64,000 nt of DNA from Octopus sinensis (GCF_006345805.1 NC_043015.1:36146001-36210000), one strand, 5' to 3'. Shown: positions 28,830-43,182, numbered from the stretch's first letter. The notes: generated from the sequence alone by a model not told the origin. Program-made: numbers and translations.

Positions 28830-30146
28830 TATATACGGGTTTACATCAAGACAAACTATATATGAATTAAATAGTTAATGATTGCAATTAAAACAAATAA
28901 CGTATATCAGATAGAGCAGATACTTATAGTAATTAATTTGCTACACATTTGTGGATGCGTCTAAACAGGTGAAATGTGCTTGTGTGTTTGTGTGTCTTCG
29001 TGTGTGTTGGTGTGTATGTGTGTGTGTGTGTGTGTGTATGTGTGTGTGCTGGCGCGTGGTCTTTTTTAAAGATGATTAGCATCTTCATCGACAACAATGG
29101 TAATAACAAGACTAAGCTCCAAAAAGTTTGTTACAACAAATGTCTGTTTCGGTACATCTTGGTTCTGCTGGTTCCATATCTGTATTTGGGATTGTTCTAC
29201 CATATTTAAATTTTGTTAAATTAAATTCTAGTTATTTCGTCTATTCATATAGATCAATATATCGATTCACTTCCTCGTATGTGACAGACGAACACATCTC
29301 GATATATATGCTAATTGAATTTTCGAATTTTGTGTGATAATTCAGAAAGGCGTTAATTAAACATGCGTTTGTTAATCATCTGATGCTACACTAGTGGATA
29401 CAATATACACCTATCGGCCAGTAAAATATAAAGACCGTATCAAAGACGAAACCTAACTGCATGAAACTATTTTTAGTTGTTTGGTAGGAAACCAATAAAA
29501 GGTCTGAGTACCAATCAGTTGCCGTACACAGAAGAAAGCAATGATCAGAACTTTGATAAATTTTATGAGAAATATATATATATATATGTGTGTGTGTATT
29601 ATATATTTATGTATATATAAAAATGTATATATACCAATATAGGAGCAGGCACGCCTGTGGATGGCTGTATTCTAGAATTGTATTGAAATTAGTGATGCCT
29701 TTCTACCACTTTCGATGCTAAATATTGAGTTGTTTCATCAACTCATTTATCTTCCTATTAATCGTGAGATGTTGTTGTTATCGGATGGTTATTTCGCACA
29801 CATACACACATACACCAAATGTAAAAGTCTTGCAGAATCAGCCTGATACATTGAAACAAGTTTGGACGGTCAATTTTCATTTCCAAGTTGTGATACAAAA
29901 AAGAACTCACATATGTTGATGGACCATTGATGTTGGGTAGAGAAGATAGACTTGAAATAGCTAATAGACTATAGTTTTCCTTCGGCACAGATGTGGCGTG
30001 TAGAGAGAAGATTGCTTCATAATCACATGGTTCCATATTCAGTCTTAATGCGGGGCAAGTGCCTTTTACTATGGCCTCAAGCCGACCAACGCCTTCTGAC
30101 TGGATTAGGAAAATGGAAAAGGAAAAGGAGCTCGTCGTATATACAT

Positions 30147-30180
<34 letters not shown>

Positions 30181-30590
30181 ATAATAATAAATATTAGGGA
30201 ATAAATCCAAATTTACAGGGAAAAAAATCAGATTTAGGATTAAATCCAATTTTATAGTAAAATATTATAAAATATTATTAGAGACAAAACCACTATTTTG
30301 CAAAACAAACAAGGAAAGACTTAATCAATACATAAAATTTTAATAAATAGTCAAAAAAACCGCCACTACAATCGTTTTGTCTTGATCGACAATCTTCAGG
30401 TGGACTTCCAATAAGTCAGTTTCAAATTATGAAACATAATTGAAACTGACTTATTGGAAGTCCACCTGAAGATTGTCGATCAGACAAGAAACGATTGTAG
30501 TGGCGGTTTTTTTGACTATTTATTAAAATTGTATGTATTGATTAAGACTTTCCTTGTTTGTTTTGCAAAATAGTGGTTTTGTCTCTAATA

Positions 30591-30600
<10 letters not shown>
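30181..30600. mobile_element. Non-coding Penelope-like element with a 335-bp fold-back palindrome (30266-30600)
   Basis: ~166-bp arms with about 4 differences around an AAA loop at 30432-30434, a unique left extension, (TA)n on both sides, and hammerhead motifs in the arms. Confidence 0.7.
30462..30503 (+). ncRNA. Minimal type I hammerhead ribozyme, canonical core
   Basis: CCAC-CUGAAGA-UUGUC[GAUCA]GACAA-GAAA-C[GAUU]G-UA-GUGG. Predicted cleavage after 30499 (GUA). Confidence 0.75.
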
Positions 30601-30624
<24 letters not shown>

Positions 30625-31176
30625 TATATATATGTGTGTGTGTGTGGGTGTGTATTTATATATATATGTACGTATATATATGTCTGTTCATCTTTGCGTG
30701 TGTATTTCTTTTTGTGGTTGTCCTCCACCACCGCTTGACAACCTCTGGTGGTGTATTTGCGTCTCATAACTTAACAGTTTAGCAAACAAACTTCAAACAA
30801 AAATAAGTACAGAGGTCGATTATTTTGGACTAAATTTCTGGGAGGTGGTGCCCCAGCATGGTCACAACTTGTGTCTAAACAAGCGAATGAGAAAAGGGAA
30901 ATTTGCACGTCGTGCGCTTCCTCTTAAGACGTTTATCAACAATGTTGCTGCATGTGGCCCGAGTATTTCTTGCACAGGAAACTATCCATTTGACTCGATT
31001 CAATATTTATAATGACTTATCCATATTTCTGCATATTGCGATCGAAACCGGTATCTTATATTTCCTAGTTGTTCTGAAAACCACTCCGCGATTATGCATG
31101 CTTGTATTAATGTACTTCTGTATGCATGCATTGACGTAAGCATCCATCCATCTATCCATCCATCTATCTATCTCCA

Positions 31177-31257
<81 letters not shown>

Positions 31258-32032
31258 GTCTATCTGTCTCTCTCTGGCTCTACTCCTCTCTCTATATATA
31301 TAGATATATGTATGTTCATTACGTACACACTTGTACATATAAAGCGAAAGCTACGCTTGCATTCATCTATCATGCACACACAAGCGCGTGCACACACACA
31401 CACACACACACAGTTGCACACACTCTCACACACATCGCATTCGCTTTACATACAAGGGAAGAGATATCAGTTTGTATGCGTGGGTAGTGTTACGAGCATG
31501 TTGCACCGTCGTTACTGCGTATTTTTTTTTTCGTCTTCCCTTTTTCTACCCTGGCTCACCTCTTCTCACCAAATTGCATCAATAAACGATTCTTAGCTTG
31601 AGGAACAATTCTTCAACGATTGATACACGTTGTTCTAACTTTCCTTTCTTCTCATCCTCTGACAACACAATATAGGAAATGACTCGTAATGTTGCACCGG
31701 TGGCACTTCTCTGATAATTCCATATCAAATAAAATTCCGATAAAAGATGTAAGGTTCCTTAACCAAAAATTTAGTAAAAGGAAAAAAAGAGAACATGTTG
31801 TTAATGGAGGAGGCAGAGGTGAAAACAAAACATTCTTCCCAAAATCTTTAGTTTCTTATATAATATTCTATCGTTGCGTTATCTTTTCATGTATATAATC
31901 GTTCACCATAAAACATAACTGTATCTCTATGTGCATGTGCAATGGATTGCTCATGTATCTACATGCATATAGGGGCATACATATATTCGTGCATGTATGT
32001 GTGCCCTCTTATGTATGCGTTTGTGTGCATAT

Positions 32033-32063
<31 letters not shown>

Positions 32064-32202
32064 AGGAGAGAGAAGGAGAGAGAAGGAGAGAGAAGGAGAG
32101 AAAGAGACCGAATGCTAATTACAGATATGCATGTATCTATATCTGTGCATACATATATACATACATATTTATATATATATATTATATATATATATATGTG
32201 TG

Positions 32203-32233
<31 letters not shown>

Positions 32234-32714
32234 TTATATATATATACATATATATATATATATACATACATAGATATACTATTTATATTTTATATATATA
32301 TATATATATACATGCATACATATACTATCTATATTTTTTTGTATATGTATATATACACATGCATATACAAAAGCGTACATGTGTACTTCTCTGAACAGAT
32401 GCATGCGCGCGCACGTAAAATTCCTTCAGCTCCGCACATACATCTTACTGCACATGCACACATACACACACACACACACACACAAACTCGTTCGCATGAG
32501 TGTGTGCATTTTCTGTCTTTCCTCATCTGTGCTTTTATATGTCCGTGCGTGAGTGAACTTTACACCTGGAAGATACGGCAGAAGAAGGAAGCCGTTCCTT
32601 TAAAAGATGTTACCTTGTCAGATAGCGACCAACCTCTCTTCTTACAATTTGAAAGGTTATGGAATAGTCAGCCAGTGACTGTCTCTCTCATCTAAACCAT
32701 TCCCTACAATAACT

Positions 32715-32722
32715 TCTCTGTC

Positions 32723-32761
<39 letters not shown>

Positions 32762-33045
32762 GTCTCTATATGTCTGTCTATCTGTCTGTCTCTCTCTCTC
32801 AGTCTCTCTGTTTCTGTCTCTCTCTGACTCTGTATCTCTCTCTCAGTCTCTCTGTCTCTGCCTCTCCGTCTGTCTCACTCTCTGTCTGTCTATCTCTCTC
32901 TCCCTCTCTCTCTCTGTATCTGTCTGTCTGTCTCTCTGTCTCTCTGTGTGTCTTTCTCTCTCTCCCTGTCTCACTGTCTCTGTCTGTGTGTGTGTATCTC
33001 TGTCTCTCTGTCTCTGTCTGTCTCTCTCCCTCTCTCCCTCTCTCT
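32715..33045. repeat. (CT)n/(CTGT)n polypyrimidine tract
   Basis: Direct tandem repeat. Confidence 0.9.
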
Positions 33046-33383
33046 CAGCCAATCATAAACAGTTATTCGAACAATCACACTTAACATATATCTAAATTTC
33101 TATTATTGTTGGTATTTGTGTTAATCTTCCTACATCATCGTTGCTGTCGTCATCGTTGCTTCCTTGGTGTGAATCTACTTTCGTAGCGGTTTAGAGCTCA
33201 ATCAAGTTATAAAAGAATTGATGGCAAAAGAAATGGTTCTCCGAGAAGTTACGGTGTTTCGCTTAGTTACGATATTAAGTAGCACAAGGAATATCAGATT
33301 CCTCAAACTATTTTCACCTTGTGGCTGATTTTCGTTGTTTTTCTGTATTTTCTCAATCTGTAATAGTTGCTCCTCCTGATGTA

Positions 33384-33538
33384 TTATTACTATTCTTCTT
33401 CTTCTTCTTCGTCGTCTTCTTCTTCTTCTTCTTCTTCTTCTTCTTCTTCTTCTTCTTCTTCTTCTTCTCTTCTTCTTCTCTTCTTCTTCTTCTTCTTCTT
33501 CTTCTTCTTTTTCTTCGTCTTCGTCTTCTTCTTCTTCA

Positions 33539-33571
<33 letters not shown>

Positions 33572-33675
33572 CATTATTGCTAGTAGTAGTAATAATAATA
33601 GTAGTAGTAGTAGTAGTAGCAGCAGCAACAGTAACATAAGTTGTTGTTGTTTGTTGTTGTAGCTGTTGTTATTGT
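33384..33675. repeat. Compound (CTT)n-(ATT)n-(AGT)n-(GTT)n tract
   Basis: Direct tandem repeats. Confidence 0.9.
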
Positions 33676-33926
33676 TGTTAGGGCCCCGATCGGGGATAAT
33701 TGAAGCAGACGTTGGATCAATGTCGGCGCCCCACCGTTAACGTGCCTTTTACTTAAACATCGTGCCTTTGGGATTGTATTATTCAATGTATGTTGTACTC
33801 ATCTTCATGTTAATAATGTTTGATGTGAGGGTGATATGGCTGTGATTTCTCGCAAAACTTTTGACAAGTTAGGGAGATAATATTTCCGTTGATTAGGGAG
33901 ATAATATTTCCGTTGTCATTTTTCAG

Positions 33927-34029
33927 CTCCACTCGCCGAGGCAAAACGTTCTGGACAGCCAGAGTTAACCGTCGTCTAAGCAACGAGAATAATTTCGAGA
34001 GACCCGACGACTCCGTGTCCATGTCGTCC
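33927..34029 (+). CDS. Candidate 103-bp internal coding exon (gene unknown)
   Basis: gtcatttttcag| acceptor and TCC|gtatgt donor. Only one frame is open: (x)STRRGKTFWTARVNRRLSNENNFERPDDSVSMSS. Confidence 0.45.
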
Positions 34030-34353
34030 GTATGTTGAAGTCTCTATGTCAATAGTGCAAACCAGTCTGTGGCTAGTTGTCATGGAAACAGCCCCGCGTC
34101 AAAAGCAATTATATTTACAACCATCATTCTTTAGCCATCCAAGTCAGAACATCTGAAAGAAGTTGCTTGCCATTTCACCATTATAAGTAGCACTTAACTT
34201 CGCCACATCCGCATCTATACTCCTGGCGGCCATGAAGACGCAGGAGGTGAACACAAACTTAGGAGTTCTCAATATACATATATACATACATACATGCATA
34301 CATACTTACATACACACATACATAGATATCTATCTATATCTATCTATCTATCA

Positions 34354-34394
<41 letters not shown>

Positions 34395-35080
34395 TTTGCA
34401 CATACGTATACGCATATACATATACAGATGTACATACGTGCATAAATACACACATACTTATATAAATACATACGTACATAAACACACACAAACACAAACA
34501 CACACACCAATTTATAATGGTGTAATAATAACGAACGAACAAAACACAACGAGGTGTGATTGATAAAATTCCGAAGTCAGATGGACAGACGAAGACAGAA
34601 AAATAAAAGAATATAAGAAAAAGTGAAAAACCGCAAATAACTATAATGATTGGTAAAATGAAGAATTCTATTGAAATGTATTATTTAGTCTGTGATAAAT
34701 ATGACCTTACTTAGTGTGAAATTTTGTTTACGACATAACAAATTCTCAATTTGACCCTGAAGGCAATAATAAAATTCAGCAACCATTGGCATTTCAACGA
34801 AAGAATTGAGGTCTCTGTTAATTCAATTATATATCACATTAATAGCTATTGTTACTTGTTACAGAGATGTCGTGGGTCTTCTTTGTTTTATCTATATTTT
34901 TATTTGTTAGTTGTGTGCTTTATTTATTTGTATTTCTTCCTCTGATTAGCGTCAATATTGGCAATGTTGAATGTGTGTGTGTGAGGGTAAGAGAAGCATA
35001 TTATGAGTAAGGTGGTTGACATCAAGAGTGAGTGGGTTGCATATATGGGTACGTGTGTGTGTAAGTGTGGTGTGTGTATA

Positions 35081-35218
<138 letters not shown>

Positions 35219-35560
35219 GTATGTATAGGTGTGTGCGTATGTGTGCGCGCGTGTAAGTGTTGTGCCGAGAGAGATGCAGTGAGAGATAAAGAAACAAAAA
35301 GAGAAAATGATTATAAAAGTATAAAGAGAAACAGAGAAGGAATCGTTCGTGGACCCCCGCCCCCTGCTACCACGCGTGCACACGTACAAGTGAAGATATA
35401 TATATGCATTTATAATGTTTGTATATATATATAAATATATATATGTGTGTATGTATATATACAAACGTGTGTATGTGTGTACGTATATATATGTAGACAC
35501 ACACGCACGCATATATACGTATGTATATTCATATTTATGTTTGCAAGAATAAATGTCAAT

Positions 35561-35606
<46 letters not shown>

Positions 35607-36967
35607 ACACTTATACATATAGAGAGAAAGGGAGAGAGGAGAAAGAGAGAGAAAAAGAAAGATTGACAGAGATAGTTAATTGAAGCGCTACACACCCACA
35701 TCAATATGCATTCTAATATTTATATATAAGCAGTAGTTATTCTACATGCATATATGTTTGGAAGTGTGTGCATATACCTGTAGATAAATCTCAATATATA
35801 TTTGCAAGTCTGAATGCGTGTGTGAGTGTTTGTGTGCGTGTGTGTGTGTGTGTGTGCATGTGTGTGTGTGTGTTTGTGTGCATGTGCGTGTGTGTGTTTG
35901 TGTGTGTGTAAGCGTGCATAAATCTTTGTGAGGGTTGTGGTGGTTGTGATGGTTAGGGGCTTTTTCCATAAATAGCCAGTTTCCCATTAAGATTTTCTAA
36001 ACGAAAATCTTTTTTCTTTATTCATGTTTTAATATACATTATTACTTCCATTATGAAGCAGATATTAAATAGCCTGGCTCTCCTCACATTCTATTTAAAA
36101 TGTGTGCTCTCGCCTCGAAATTAGAGTAACACCTAATAACGAGAGCTGTATCCACTGAGATGTTGTTGCCAGTGATCATTTGGGAATGTGTACACATAAT
36201 GCATACACACACACACACGCACACACACATACATACATACATACGTTACATAGATATACACATATATAAATAAATAGTTCAATATATATTTATGTTTGTG
36301 TGTGTATATATATATATGTGTGTGTGGAGAGAGAGAGAGGGAGAGAAAGAGTCATGTGTGTATTTGTGTGTGTACATACATAGGTTTATTTGCCTATATG
36401 TATGCGTATGTATATATATATGTATATATATATATGTATGTGTCTGTGTGTGTGTGTTTGTGTGTTTCTCTATATGTATATATACACCCACACAAGCATA
36501 AACACACACATGTTTGTGAATATTTATGTTTGTGTGTGTATGTATAAATATCTATGACGTCCATCGAGTCATAACAACATCGAGTCGTGTCACATCATTC
36601 TCTTCCGGTTCCTTGCTTTCTTCTATCGAGTGCCTCTCAGCTCTTTTTTTTCCTTCTTTCGTTTCAGTGTTAATGAATTATCTTGAAGTCACGATCAATA
36701 GAGTGAAGGAATAGTTTGGCGTCTTAAAACATCGTTTAGTATAATTTCATACGAATGAACTGAACTTTATGTGAGACACTTTAAACAATTCTGTTTGTAT
36801 GAACTGTACAAACATTGAGTTGACCATCGCCGACTGGGGAAAAGGAAACTTGATCCTAATACAACTATGAGTTATATACCTGACCGTATGGGATATGATT
36901 ACACAGATATGCATTATAATGTATATACACAAGCACATACACGCACACTCACGCATACTACATACAT

Positions 36968-37045
<78 letters not shown>

Positions 37046-38541
37046 TAAATATATATATATCCGTTTTGTCTCTGTGTGTGTATGTGTCCTCTAGGATCTC
37101 GGGTATCCTCCATCCGATTGCACTCAAATTTAATATGTAGATACCGATGGTATCAGAGCGTATACAAGTCTTGAAAAAAATTGTAAAAACGATTCCAGGT
37201 GAGAATGCGATCGATAAAGCCGTGGTAACGTGTATTTGTAAAATCGTTTTTCTTTGAATAGAAAAAAGTCAATCTTCATTTATTCTTTTGCTGGTATCTC
37301 AAATTTAGATTAAGTCAGTGTTTCTCAAAGGACGGTCGGACAAGTTGTTTTGGGAAAATTTGGTTTAAATGTTTGACAACTCAGGACTGTCCATTGGACA
37401 GTGGGGGGGGGGCTTTTGCCCCTATATATAAACACATAATAATTACGAATTATTCATTATTTAATAAACTTACGCATGTTTCGGATTGATTGGCCAATTC
37501 CCAAACCTGCGACGTAGGCTAATCGTAGGCTAATCGATCACGTATTTCATCGCATAAGATTCTACAGCGATATAGATGTTTAGCACCATCTTATCCTTTT
37601 CAAAGCTATACCTCACTGCTTTGAATTGATAAAACATTTTAAAGGAGAAGGTAGCAAAACAAAACACACACGCCTAATATACAGAGTAGTGAGTCATTTC
37701 AGCAGAACAACGTAGGGAATTATATTTATCAGAAAATGATAAGATTGTGAAATGATACACAGTTTCTATGTATCCTCCACGACGCTTGAAGAATGTTTAT
37801 GATAAGATTACTACCACATTTCCGCTGACCACTTTCAATACACAGTGGAGGTATGTAGAATACATATATATAGAATAAATGTAGAATAAATATATTATTT
37901 ATTCAGGAGTAGAAGATAAAAGCTGAGTTAATGAGAAGTCCAAAGGAAAATAATGAATCTATTATTCCCTAAGGATGTTATTTTATTAAAAATTATATTG
38001 CCTTAATAAATAAAGCTTCAAAAATTATAATTGTAATATAATAGATATAAAAAAGAAGTTTTCAAAATACAGAAATTAAAATAATGAATTAAAAAGAAAT
38101 TAAAAAATACTTAGAAACATAGTCTATAAAATGTGAGACACTTTACTAAACGCTCCATTTTTGAATTTGCCAGTCTATCCAAGTGGTGATTAAATAATAT
38201 AGGATTCGCCAGTCTTCCGTGATTTGCTTATTATACTCTGTAATCCTTCACTAAATTTACGCCGTGTTTGAAATCTGGATTTACACATTAGACAAGGGGC
38301 GATCAGGAAGCTTACTGCCTATTTAGATTACGATAGATTTCAAGGGGTATAGTCAATCAAGTCTCCATCGCTACACAGTGATTATAAAGCATTTGCCTTG
38401 GACTTTGAATACTTTTCTGTTATAAGTGTGTGTGTGTGTGTGTGTGAAAATTATTGCCTGTCATATTTTGTATACATACATATGTATATGTATATACATA
38501 TATATATATATATATATATACATACATATATACATACATAT

Positions 38542-38594
<53 letters not shown>

Positions 38595-41500
38595 CAAGTA
38601 ATATACGGTAACAATAATTTCAATGCATAGCCTTAATCTGATGTTTTCATAAAAGTATTTGAAAATGGAGTTCATTCGAAAACATTTGCGCATATATCTA
38701 CATATAGTTATATGTATTTAATGTGTTTATACATACATTATATATATATATATTTATATATATATATACGTATGTATGTATCTACACATTTTTTTTTTTT
38801 TAGCAATGATCGCAATATTTCTGCCAGCTCCCTAATAAAATATTAATTTTTGCTCATATATTTAACACTTTTTTTTCTGTTTGCAATTTCCTTACAAGAT
38901 TTTTATAACGAAATTACTTTTTGAATATGGAATGAAACAAGAAAATGTGTAAAAACGGAACATATAACGTTGCCATGAATGGAATCCGATGGCAGTTTCT
39001 AATTGAAGAAATTTAAAACCATGAGATAGAATTTAGAAGCAGAAATACATATTTACAGGTGAAGCGCGTTGTGAGGTTGTTGCGTCGCAATGGTTGTCTG
39101 TCCAGTTGTTGGTTCAGATTCACTTTGATGCATCGTTGTGTTAATGTTTGATTACAATTACGTCGTTACTATGGCTACGATGTTTTAATTGGTGATTTAA
39201 ATGAGAAATGTAAGAAGAAAGTACGCATTGTCACATATTCAAAAACTTATATTGATTAGCAAATATAATTTGGCAATAGATTAATAGAAAATGAAAACGA
39301 GATTTTTAGGAAAGCTTTCATAATCCCATGGAGCATATGAAATATTGAAAAGTGAAAAGAATTATATTGTTGTGAGGATGGATAGAATGCTTTAGTTTAA
39401 AGAGATCTCCAGCGGAGATTAGAACACAAAATGAGAAGTTGTTTTCTTTTGGGTGTTAAGGACTCGTGAGCTGCGTTTGAAAGTGGAAACGATAGGGAAA
39501 CGGTACGGAGCGACGTTGCATCTTAGGTTTTGACAAATAAAATAAGCAGCGAAAATTTGTTGTTTGCTTTGCAAAGACTCTGAACTGTGGTAACCGTGTA
39601 ATCTTTTGTTCGGACACAGTAAATGTAGGGCTATTCCTACACCAACAAACACATGTGTGTCTGCGTATGAATGTGTGTGTATGTGTGTACATGTGTGTAT
39701 GTGTGTGATTGTGTGTACGTGTGTGTACGTGCGTTTGTGTGCGTGCGTGTATACGTGTGCTTGTGTACATGTATGTGTGTATATGTCTATAAGTGAGTAT
39801 GTGTGTACGTGTGTGTATGTGTGTGTATATGTGATTGTGTGTACGTGCGTGTGTATGTGTGTGTATGTGTACACGTGTGTGTATGTGTGTGCGTGCGTGT
39901 TATGTATGTATGTGTGTATGTGTGTATGTGTGTGTATAAGTGTATATATGTGTGTGTGTATTTCCTCGTTGGTGTCCTTCAGCAATCATTGCTCTGTTAT
40001 AGCAAAGCAATGAGAATTGTTTCATTTGAGTTCGAAGCATAGTATTACTAGGACTACATCAGTCAGTGTGCAGTGGTATGTATGAATAAATGTATGAACG
40101 GTGTGTGTGTGTGTGTAGGTATGTATAACGAATTCAGGTGTGCTTATAATTTTAACCGAAGCAACTGTTCCATAGAAATTGAAGAGCAAAGAGAGGGGAG
40201 AAGTAGAGACAGACAGCCATGACAGGGAGACGGAGAGACACTGCAGCTGTCATACTTGATGTACTAAACTGAGAATTTTAGTTACTTAAAACTATCAAAT
40301 TAGAAATGACAGAACTATTTTGGCAATAACTAATTATCAAAATCCTCAGGAGAAACCATCAGAAAATACGTGGTTCGTGTCCTGCAAGCATCTTTCGGCC
40401 TTCTTTCCCATCGGAGGACTTTATATATCATTATTGTGATTTATATAAAAATTCTAATTAAACGTTCGTTAATCGTTTTGATTTTACCGGCTCTGTCATG
40501 AATCTAAATTAACGTTTAAAGAAAAGTAACTGTTGTTACTAGCTTTTGAATCCCCCGAGACCCACGTGACAGAGGAATACATTTGGTTGTGCCTAATTTA
40601 TTTTACATTTTATGAAAGATGACAAATATGGCTACCAAACTGAAAGAAAGACACAATTCGAAGTTCATTGCTCTGACCTCTAGCTAACCGTTCCCCTCGG
40701 GTTCAGGATTAATCAGTGATGAGACACACAGGAGTTATATAGTGTGCTAATTATTGTTTTCGTAAGGAGATGATGGGTCAAGGAGTAATGATTAAATTCA
40801 CTGCGGGCCTGGATTTCAAAGACGGAGAGAGTGTGTGTGTGAGAGAGAGAGAGAGAGACCGAGACAGAAGGCAGAATAAGAGAGGGAATGAGAGTAGGCG
40901 AAAAAGACAGAGCAGATAGAAAGGCATGGGTTACTAGGCATTGACAGAGAGATACTCATATGTGTGTGTGTGAGAGAGAGAGCATCCAGTTCCGCCGCTT
41001 TCACGGATTCTCCTGACTCTGTCGCCATCCAATTCCATCGTTCACCATGTTATTATTCATATTTGAATTGGGATCTCGATTCGTCTGGAATCCTTCATTG
41101 GCTGATCTCATAACCATGGACGCTGCCCCAATCGATACGATACAGATTAACTCTTCATAGAACTTGACCGTTGTTCTTCCAGGATTCATTCGCTTAGCAT
41201 CACTGTTAGAAGCATTACTGGCCCACTTGCACTCTTCCATTGCCTCTTCACAATCCGAATTGCTGCACTGCCATGACTTCGCCGCATCCCTGGAAAACGG
41301 AATGAAAAGGCAGCCTCCTGTAATTATACAGGGCACGTCAATTCGTGAGATATTTTCAAAATGCCCACATTCCCTCTTTGTGTGTGTGTGTGTGTGCGCG
41401 TGTGTGTATGTGAGAGAGAGAGGGGGGAGACTACGTGAGAGCTGTTAAAGGAGGTATAGTGAGAGATATTGATAACAGAGTCAGACAATAATTGAGAATT

Positions 41501-42915
41501 AAAAAAATGAAGAGAGAAAATGTGACTGAGATATATATATATATACACACATATGCGATAGAAAGAGAGATAGTCCGACAGAGAGAAATAGAGAGATTGG
41601 GAGAGAGATAAGGCCATAAAGAAATAGAGTAAGAAAGGTGAATGAAAGAGGGAGATAAACGGAGAGAGATATCACTCTCTCTCACTCTTTCTCTCTCTCT
41701 CTCCGTCAATTTCATCGATTTCGGAAGTACGGCGGAAGTGGACTTAACTGACCTCACTGAACGCACTCTGGTGCTTTGTCCCGCAATCTACCGATTCTCT
41801 ATTCCCAAATCCTTCAGTTTATTCATAAGTTATCAATAATGTATGAAATCAATTTAAAAACATGGAATTCATTATTTTCAGACAGAAATTATTTAAATGA
41901 ATATTCAGAGGAAGCCAAAGCCGTTTTAATTACTATATTATTGTTCGTAAAACTGTATGTAAGATCTTTATGCGGCTGGCTTTTGTTTTAATATTCGATA
42001 TGGAATGTTTTACTAGGAACGGGGGGGGGAGCGGGGTGTTCTATGTTCTTGATGCTCTCCTCTGTCCTCATTCTAATTTAACGCTTTGCAGAAAAAAAAC
42101 CAGTTATCATTATAACTATTACACCTAGTACTATTACTACTACTACTACTAATATTTCAGAATAACTTTTGGCACATGGCAAGCAATATTAGGGGAGGGG
42201 TAAGTAGATTAACTCGAACGCGGTGTTCAACTGTTCTTTAGTTTATCGAACGAGTAAGGATGAAATGCTGAGACGAAGTCGCTTTTCTTTCTTTCCCTCT
42301 TAGATACGTCATTTCTTTTCCATGTATTTACGAACTTAACAAGCACTGACTGTTCAAAACCCTTGATTGTTTCCCTCAGTTACTTTACTCAGCAATACCG
42401 TGGCTTTCTTTCTGATCTTAAAACACTCTAAATATACATACATGTGTAAAGACGCTATACATCTATCTGTGTGTGCGCCCAAGGTGTATCATTGTCGATG
42501 CAAGCAGTATTAGCAGTAAATAACAACCAGGTATGTCCTCCCTAAAATAGATATACTTTAAGAACGTCATAGAGGTGGGTATCTCCACCCAGAAAGTTTA
42601 TCCTATAGTTGTATAGTGCTAAAATGTACATGAGGTATCAGAGGTGGATAAGGGATGTCCAGGAATGAGAGAGGAACATACAGATTACTTGAAGTTTACA
42701 GACTATGAATGAAGCACAAGCCTAATGAAATCAAGTGATCGGGTAGTTCCAAGGTCAATGGTGGGCATTTATTGTAGGATGATGGGCATTTATTACCCGC
42801 TGCTGATATTCGAAGGATTTTGTATTGTACATCAAGACGATATATTTTCTCAGGACGACTATCGAAGTTCTATTGCATTCATAAAGTATTTCCACTTTAA
42901 ATCCGATACAAAGAT

Positions 42916-42961
<46 letters not shown>

Positions 42962-43066
42962 TATATATAACGGGAAGGTTTACGAAAATAAACAAAAGAC
43001 GAAGGCAGGTGGAGTATAAACAAACGATTGTATTAGTATGGCGCTCAGGAATATAAATAAAACAAG

Positions 43067-43104
43067 TCTTTTACGTTTCGAGCCTACGCTCTTCAACAGA
43101 AAGA
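43067..43104 (-). ncRNA. Minimal type I hammerhead motif (A6U variant) in a ~210-bp (TA)n-flanked insert (42968-43180)
   Basis: UCUUU-CUGUUGA-A-GAGC[GUAG]GCUC-GAAAC-GUA-AAAGA. Palindromic ACGU as stem III. Confidence 0.6.
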
Positions 43105-43182
43105 TACACAGAAAAGAGACACGGAGAGAAACAAGGAGTGAAACAAATGCGTGCAGAAGGTAGCTATTCAACATGGCGATAC

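Larger units (their letters stand above)
29983..30890 (+). mobile_element. tRNA/CORE-like SINE split by an insertion in its internal (TA)n tract
   Basis: The 5' half (29983-30140: CACATGGTTCC..TTCAGTC, GGGCAAGTGCC, GCCGACCAA) and the 3' half (30680-30890: CCACCGCTTGACAACC...CCCCAGCATGGTCAC) correspond to the two halves seen at 61020-61390. Confidence 0.6.

Noticed and set aside
33869-33898. TTAGGG units as interstitial telomere
   Set aside because: Only two isolated hexamers, both arising from a local 23-bp duplication.
41704-41790. VNFIDFGSTAEVDLTDL, Tudor-like motif
   Set aside because: It directly follows a (CT)n tract with no AG acceptor before the motif, and the rest of the domain is missing.
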